This document shows positions 57,882-64,000 of a DNA stretch of 64,000 nt, piece after piece. Position numbers and translations under genes: made by a program. How positions within the stretch are numbered: position 1 is the stretch's first letter; each line of letters begins with the position of its first letter. Source of the DNA: Epithemia pelagica (lineage: Eukaryota > Protista > Bacillariophyta); contig OX337231.1 of assembly GCA_946965045.2 (NCBI GenBank), positions 3,410,001 through 3,474,000 on the forward strand. The letters are read 5' to 3'. The notes under the pieces were generated by a model. It was not told the DNA's origin. It ran no database searches and saw nothing but the letters and a program-made list of their open reading frames with translations.

Positions 57882-59528
57882 CTACTGCTGATACGGGTTC
57901 GTCGTCGGAATCACTTTTGGTTTCTTTCGAACGTCCGATCGTTGACCAGTGGAAGTGGATGGTCGTTGATCCCACACGGAACCGAATTCATCGTCGTCTT
58001 GAAAAAAGTCTTCCAGACCACCAAACATGGATTGCATGGACTGGGCGGCAGTTTGGGGACAGGAAGGGTTGATATCCGACACTCGAGGTGGTGCCCCCAC
58101 GGGTGGTACTGATTGGACAGACGGCACTGCGTGGGTGTCGTCTGAATTGGTATGACGTATGGTTGATTGAACTCTCGATGCTGCTTCCATCTGAGCTTTT
58201 GTTCCATTCATTATCGGACCATGGTCATTGGGAGGGCCTCCTACAGGTTTTGATGGTACATGACGAGAGGGCTGCAGCTTTGACGAAGGATTTGGTTGTA
58301 ACACAGACGACGGCGTTACCATTTGCGCGGCATTCCGTTTCATTCCACCGAAACTCGTAGATTGTGCTGGCAAAAGCTGTGGATGGTTGGGAGTTGGAGT
58401 TTGTTTGTTTTTGTTCGAGTCAACCTGAGCGGCAACATCGGATACTCGAGGTGGGTGCGGCGTGCCGTGCGCTCCAGGTCGTCCCTCGCGTGGATTCGTT
58501 GTACTCTTTGTTGCAAAAGGAGGACCTCTTGAAGAATCCGCAGTCCCCCCAATTTGATTATCCTTTGCTACCGAAAACGCTGTTTTGGCGGATAAGCCGG
58601 TGGTCGCTGACGGAACGGGCTGTTTGGGAAAAGCACTCAAGTTAACGGAAGACGAGCCTATTGCCCCAATCGGACGTACATGGCCATTTCCAGGTACTGG
58701 TTTCGAGGAAGCAGGAACTGCCGATGGGTCATCTTTTGTTAAATTTGGTCCTGCTTTGTGTGTCATGCCCGATGGATGGAAATGCCGTTGTACATCAAAC
58801 TTTTGTTTTTGGTAGTCTTGCAGTGCCTGTGCAAGGGTGTTTGGTGCCTTGTTGAGAGCAAAGCTCGACCCATACAACGAATTTCCCAACTTGTCTCCCA
58901 ATAGTCGAGCTGCTCTCTTCATACCATCGGTGATGCTGGCCTTGAGGGCATTGCCCATCGCAGTCGGCAAGTGTTTATCGATGGAATCGCCAATACCATA
59001 GTCTTCCCGAAAGCAATTTGGAGTGCTTGCCAAGCTTATTCGTACATGTGCAACATAAGTGACCTGCCACTTGGGTGGTTTGCTGTTGTTGGCTGAAGGT
59101 TTTGGCGCCGATGCCGTGGTTTTGGAAGGGTCTGCTGCCGTTTCGTTGTTTAGGTCGATACTGTGTTGCAGTGTCGTACTAAGGACCGAAAAAGACCATC
59201 CATTGTGACCAAAGGCCTCATTGAGGGTTCGTGTTACCACATCTCCTGACATGTACGTGAGCTTCCGTCCACCGGGTCCGGGACGAGTGGAAAGATCACT
59301 GCGCAACGGTTTGGTGCCCAAAAAGGAATCAACGGAGATTGGATTGCCAGTGGCATCTTCCATCACTGTCCCCGCAGCGTGATTCCATATAAACGATCGT
59401 GAGGAAGAGGATGACCCATCCTTATCGCAAGACGGAGGAGAAGGGATACTTCCCATGATGTTGCTGCTCGTACATGACAACGGTAGATCGGGGTGGCTGA
59501 CCACCATTTGTGGATTCACGTTTTCCAT
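57882..59528 (-). CDS. RAD52: DNA repair/recombination protein Rad52/Rad22 family
   Basis: LSTRPGPGGRKLTYMSG...LNEAFGHNGWS...REDYGIG...KASITDGMKRAARLLGDKLGNSLY, followed by a disordered C-terminus. Confidence 0.92.
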   Translation of the reverse strand: MENVNPQMVVSHPDLPLSCTSSNIMGSIPSPPSCDKDGSSSSSRSFIWNHAAGTVMEDATGNPISVDSFLGTKPLRSDLSTRPGPGGRKLTYMSGDVVTRTLNEAFGHNGWSFSVLSTTLQHSIDLNNETAADPSKTTASAPKPSANNSKPPKWQVTYVAHVRISLASTPNCFREDYGIGDSIDKHLPTAMGNALKASITDGMKRAARLLGDKLGNSLYGSSFALNKAPNTLAQALQDYQKQKFDVQRHFHPSGMTHKAGPNLTKDDPSAVPASSKPVPGNGHVRPIGAIGSSSVNLSAFPKQPVPSATTGLSAKTAFSVAKDNQIGGTADSSRGPPFATKSTTNPREGRPGAHGTPHPPRVSDVAAQVDSNKNKQTPTPNHPQLLPAQSTSFGGMKRNAAQMVTPSSVLQPNPSSKLQPSRHVPSKPVGGPPNDHGPIMNGTKAQMEAASRVQSTIRHTNSDDTHAVPSVQSVPPVGAPPRVSDINPSCPQTAAQSMQSMFGGLEDFFQDDDEFGSVWDQRPSTSTGQRSDVRKKPKVIPTTNPYQQ

Positions 59529-60679
59529 GTGTTTCTCTTGGATGCTCTGACCTTGATCTTCTAGTGCTGCTTCCCCTTGAGCTCACAGTTGCCCTTTAAA
59601 AGGTACCTTCCTGAACAAGATGAAGCCGAAACGGAAACTTATGGAATTAAAGAATGTACCAAGAAATTGTGTTTTGTTGCTCGAATCAGGTCCAGAATGT
59701 GCTGGGTGTCAAGAGTCTACAGGAGATAAGTGGATGGGGATCTTCCTTCGCAATGAAGAACACGGTAGACTTGGAGGAGGTGCGGAATGGTTTGTTGGCT
59801 CCTTGTCATGATGAATTCCACTCTGCCAGCAAGTTCAAAGAGTCAAGGACATCATCATGATTGCCGCCTTGTTATGCATGCCGCCCGACGTTCCCATTGC
59901 GTGACTATTGACTCATTAGCCGACTGGCGTTGTATTGTAGGAGTAAGAGTAAGGGTGTCGGCTGTCGGTCGACCGCTGGGCGTACCCCCTCCCTCATTGG
60001 GTAGTCCCCCCCCCCCTCAAATACCACCGTACCTACCAGTACCAACCTACCTACCTAGCCAAATATGTCCTCTAGCTAGTGCTAGAGCCTATCTTCCGCT
60101 ACTCCTACTTAATACCAGGAACAGCTGCATGAACAAAACAAACTATTCAGTTCAATTGGAGGTACAAACATCCATGGAACGAGAGTGTGGTGACCAGTCG
60201 AAATGAGTGCCTACAAGTATACTGCTCCGGTTCTCGATCCCTCAGAGACATTCCTGGAAAAAGTGCACATCGCCCCATCATGATGGCGACTTGCCCTTCT
60301 TTAAACGAAGCAAGGGTCCAGTTTCATGTTGTTGATTATAAATAGTCAAAGATAGCGTCAGAAGAGTAATGAGAACGTTGACCATTACGCTTGAGGTACT
60401 TTACATGCCAAGGATGTTCAACAACGACTAGCAACTGTATATATCAACGTTTTGACCACACAAATAAAACAAATCAAAGCATTAATCGCCTTCAAGCTCA
60501 ATGTCTAGATCGGGACTTGATTAAGGCAATGTATAATGAGGACAATCTGCTTCGCGCTGGCTATTTCTTGTCGTTGCCTGTCATGGAAAAACTTTTGAGG
60601 GACCGTTGAATGGACTTGGCGAATGAATCAGTACTTTTACCCGAATCCTTTTGTAACATGCATTTCTGAGTTTATTTTT

Positions 60680-61907
60680 TTAATCGTCCGCTTCGGCTTC
60701 TTCCTGCTGCTTGGTGACGGTGGCCGCATACTGGTCCGACACCTTGCACTGGACACCCACAAAGTTGGTGACATTACCAGCCGCATCACGCAGGGCAGCG
60801 ATAAAGAACTGATTCCAGAATGTGGTTCCATCCACACGGTAGTTGAGCAAACAGACAGACATATCGTTTCCTTGTTCAATGGCCTTGCGGATACGTTCGA
60901 CACTCTTGGGATCGGTTTCAGGGCCTTGCAAGAAACGACAGTTACGACCCAAGATCTGGTCAAGGGAATAACCAGTCAAGTTCAAGAAACCCTGACTAGC
61001 ATAAACAATTGGGTTATCGGGCAAGGAAGGATCCGTGACGACAAAGTTCTGCTGGGCCGTCTGTAAAGCCTTGATGAACGAGAAGTCAGGATCGTCCAAG
61101 ACCTTGTTTGCGATAGATTGGCTATTCGCCAACAATCCGTCCACAGAGGTATCCTTGTTCTTGTCGAGAAGTTCGGATGCTCTTTCATCACCCAAGTGAG
61201 TACGAATAGAGCTGCGCAACTTTTCATTCTCTTCCTTCAAGAGAGCAACCGACTGCTGCAACGACTCCAACAAAAACTTTTTGCGAATGCGCGAGCGCTT
61301 GGCGTGTTCACGATTGCGTTCCCTGAATAAACAAAAATTATGATTAAATGTTAGTTATCAAGTTCATTAGAAACAAAGGACGATTGCTTGGAAAACAACA
61401 TCAAATAACTTACCGGCGCTCAACCTTTTGCTGCTCACTCATCTTGCGGTCCCCAGAGCGGGAGGATTCTCCTTTCTTCTTTCTAGGAGCAGCGTACTGC
61501 AGGTGATGGGACTTCTGGGGAGCACGCTTGAAGGGCACTGCAGCAGTAGCCTTGGATGCAGCGTCGGCTGTCCCCATGGAGCTTGCCACCTGGCCTTGAT
61601 CCATGAGAGCCGTTGTATATAATCCCCCACCCTTTTTAACTTGTTCGTATGTTCCTTGTTTGTTGGGCCTCGATGCCCCCATGGTAACCTTGTCACCCTC
61701 ACCGGAATTCAGTAGCCCACTTTCATCGTCCTTCTGCTCCGACAGAAAGACGGTGTCACCCTCCGGTGTAAACACGACATCTCCAAAGATATCATCCAAG
61801 TTCAGAGTGGCCGGGGTTCCGCGCTGCGCCACCGCCTGCTGGGTGCCTTGAGACATCGACGGGCCCGCCGAGGTAAACAAAGGAGGAGCTACGTTGGGAT
61901 CGGTCAT
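60680..61907 (-). CDS. AUREO1a: Aureochrome 1a (bZIP-LOV blue-light receptor), two exons
   Basis: Exons 61907-61414 and 61322-60680. bZIP ERRERNREHAKRSRIRKKFLLESLQQSV; LOV domain SFIKALQTAQQNFVVTDPSLPDNPIVYAS...GRNCRFLQG...FWNQFFIAALRD...FVGVQC, very close to diatom AUREO1a as I recall it. Confidence 0.96.
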
Positions 61908-62763
61908 GGTGTCTTTCGATTGTTATGGGAGAGTTAGACGTCTGCCAAGATGAGTGGCTTGCTGGGGTTTGGATCCACCTTGCACTCAATCCGTCATAAT
62001 GACCTTGCCGAAGATATCTCGAAAAAAAAGAACTAAGCGGTCAAAAGTGTCCACTCTCAGTTTTTGTGTAGGGGGAGAGCAGACTATAGCACAAAAAGTA
62101 CTACTGTCCCATGTGTTCTTCACGAACAAAACATCATCATTCATCATCTCACGTGTCCTCATGTGCTTTAAGGATAGGGTTAAGTTTTGTTGAGCCTGAG
62201 GCCATTCGGGGAGAGCTGATGGGGGCGTGCGTCAGTGCTGCCCCTGTACTGTATTACATGGCTGTCTGTACTGTTGAGCAGCCTCTTTTCCGTCGAAAAG
62301 ACCAAATGACTGATTTCCCACTTAACTCTGACATAAGGAAAAGGTTCTCTGCTTCTGACAACAATTATTGATGGCATGTTTTTCTTCAATGATATGTATT
62401 GGGCCTAAATGTCGAGGTCATTACGCGTATTTCTCGCGTTAGAGTGGGCCTTTTGTTTTTGGGCCCTTTTCCCTGCTAGGGTGTTCGGTGTCTCATCTAG
62501 CATCTAGCATCTCGCGATTGCCTGTAGTGGCTATCTGCTCCTAGTTAGGAGTAGACGAAGAAGGTGGAGAAGCCACTTGTCGGTCTAGAAGAAGACGAAC
62601 TTGTCTTTTGTCTTCAGCATGAGGAGAGGCGGCTGTAGACAGTGATCTCCAACATGATTTAGATCCATTTGTATTGGTGTGATGTTTACGCTAATGGTCT
62701 TTTGCATCCAGTCGACGTGATTCCCTCCCTTCCCCTTCGAGGATGAAATCAAATGTGTCCACT

Positions 62764-64000
62764 CTATAAATCTACCGCTTCGTTTTCCCATGTCGTGATG
62801 GGATTCTGCTGTTGATTTTCTAGGCGGGCGTTCCGTGAGACGCCGACAGTTGCTACGTTCTCTTTATCCGGGCTATACACCATTCCATCGCCGCTCGCTG
62901 ACTGGTGAGCTTTTGCGAGAAAAACAATTTCTTGCGCAGTTTCATCAAAATATTCATCGTAGTCCTCGGTGCAGGTCATGCTGGGGTCTGCATAGTCGCT
63001 CTCGTCGCAACTCTCACTGCCAGAATCACTCTCACTTTCAAAGGATGCTGTTGGATCATCGTGCTTCATTATGATTGCTTCTTCGGTGGTAAGTTGCCCT
63101 TGTGCCACGAGCCTGGCAAGTTCCAGAGAAAGAGCATCTTTAGGACTCGGGAGAGGGAACGCGTTAGGTTTTACTCGGCAGAGCTCTGGTGGAATGTCAC
63201 CGGTGGCCTTCTCGGATGGGAAATACAAAGGTATAACCTTTTTGAGGATAAATATTCTCCAGTCGACAAAGTGACTCGCGTGCACATACGACAATGGTAA
63301 GGATCCTCGACAATCTTTCATATAGAAGAGTCGATTGTCAAGTTTGAGAATGGCTTCAATTACATCAAATGCTGGTTTGGCTGCCCAACAAGCATCATGA
63401 AGCGGAGTTCTTCCATAGTCGTCGGCTACTTGAACACTTGCTCCAGCTTCCAAAAGTATGTTGAGAATCTCACAATCTCCGCGACGACACGCCATGTGCA
63501 CTAGAGACTCTCCATATTGGTTACACGGATGGGGCGACATGCCGGCTTTCAAAGCTGCACGAAGGCCTTCCTTGTTGCTTTCCTTCACTAACTTAGTCAT
63601 GTAGGGACCATGGCTGGCAAGTTGCAGTTCTGTGGGAGATTTGTAGTAGCCAGTGTGCAAAGTGTGATAAGTGTCTATTGAGTATCCCAATGACCTCATT
63701 TGCTCGTCCAAGAGCACTTGAGGCATGCACTGTGTGAAAAAGCATGATATGAGTACGTTACAACAACTCGAAAGTTTGGTACGAGTTCAAAAAAAAACAC
63801 TTACTTGTGATCGTTCTCGAAAGGATGGTCGATGAGATGACTTTGGCTTGCCCCTCAAGCGAGTACTACTTTCTGGAATATTTTGAGCGAAGCATTCAAT
63901 TTTCCTTCGACTCTCTTCAAAAAGAGTGGAACGAACTGGTGCTGGACTTGTGTTTTCGGGGTCTGATAGGCACTGCTTGTGTACCCAACTACGAAAAAAG
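62764..64000 (-). CDS. Ankyrin-repeat protein (diatom family), 3' part; 5' end beyond the right edge
   Basis: Exon 63729-62764 has GESLVHMACRRG, DDYGRTPLHDACW and DCRGSLPLSY. Phase-0 intron 63804-63730 (GTAAGT...ACACAG); the upstream exon is open to base 64000. Confidence 0.85.

Noticed and set aside
57882-61907. RAD52 plus aureochrome as a light-regulated DNA-repair cluster
   Set aside because: Adjacency of two conserved housekeeping genes in a gene-dense genome is not evidence of a functional link.
1-64000. tRNA, rRNA, snRNA genes and LTR retrotransposons
   Set aside because: No cloverleaf/T-loop, rRNA-like or RT/integrase signatures were seen by eye; tRNAscan-SE and Infernal were not run.

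Overview
Eukaryotic nuclear DNA from a diatom. The aureochrome 1a gene, bipartite plastid presequences, DUF6824-type proteins and short GT-AG introns point to this; a raphid pennate is inferred. The window is gene-dense, with about 24 host protein-coding genes: quinone oxidoreductase, two 2OG-Fe(II) oxygenase-family genes, a ~1,940-aa TPR protein, pyruvate kinase, a bZIP factor, ATE1, a STAND ATPase, MED31, guanylate kinase, a MYST acetyltransferase, RAD52, AUREO1a, an ankyrin protein and several diatom-specific hypotheticals. The main accessory feature is an apparently intact 3,407-bp PIF/Harbinger-like (PHIS) DNA transposon at 21957-25363. It has 32-bp TIRs, an AGT target-site duplication and two divergent intron-containing genes separated by a two-block 18/19-bp repeat array. 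A 789-bp non-autonomous derivative at 44868-45656 keeps both ends plus the repeat module, but the module is inverted relative to the ends. Other notable points: an exact 135-bp tandem duplication creating a new intron and an in-frame 57-nt exon, an in-frame TGA in a bacterial-type gene next to the transposon, a guanylate kinase ending in a CaaX box, a 2OG oxygenase-like ORF with a mutated iron ligand, and an unrecognised protein built from two copies of a ~190-aa domain. All family calls are from motif recognition by eye; no searches were run.
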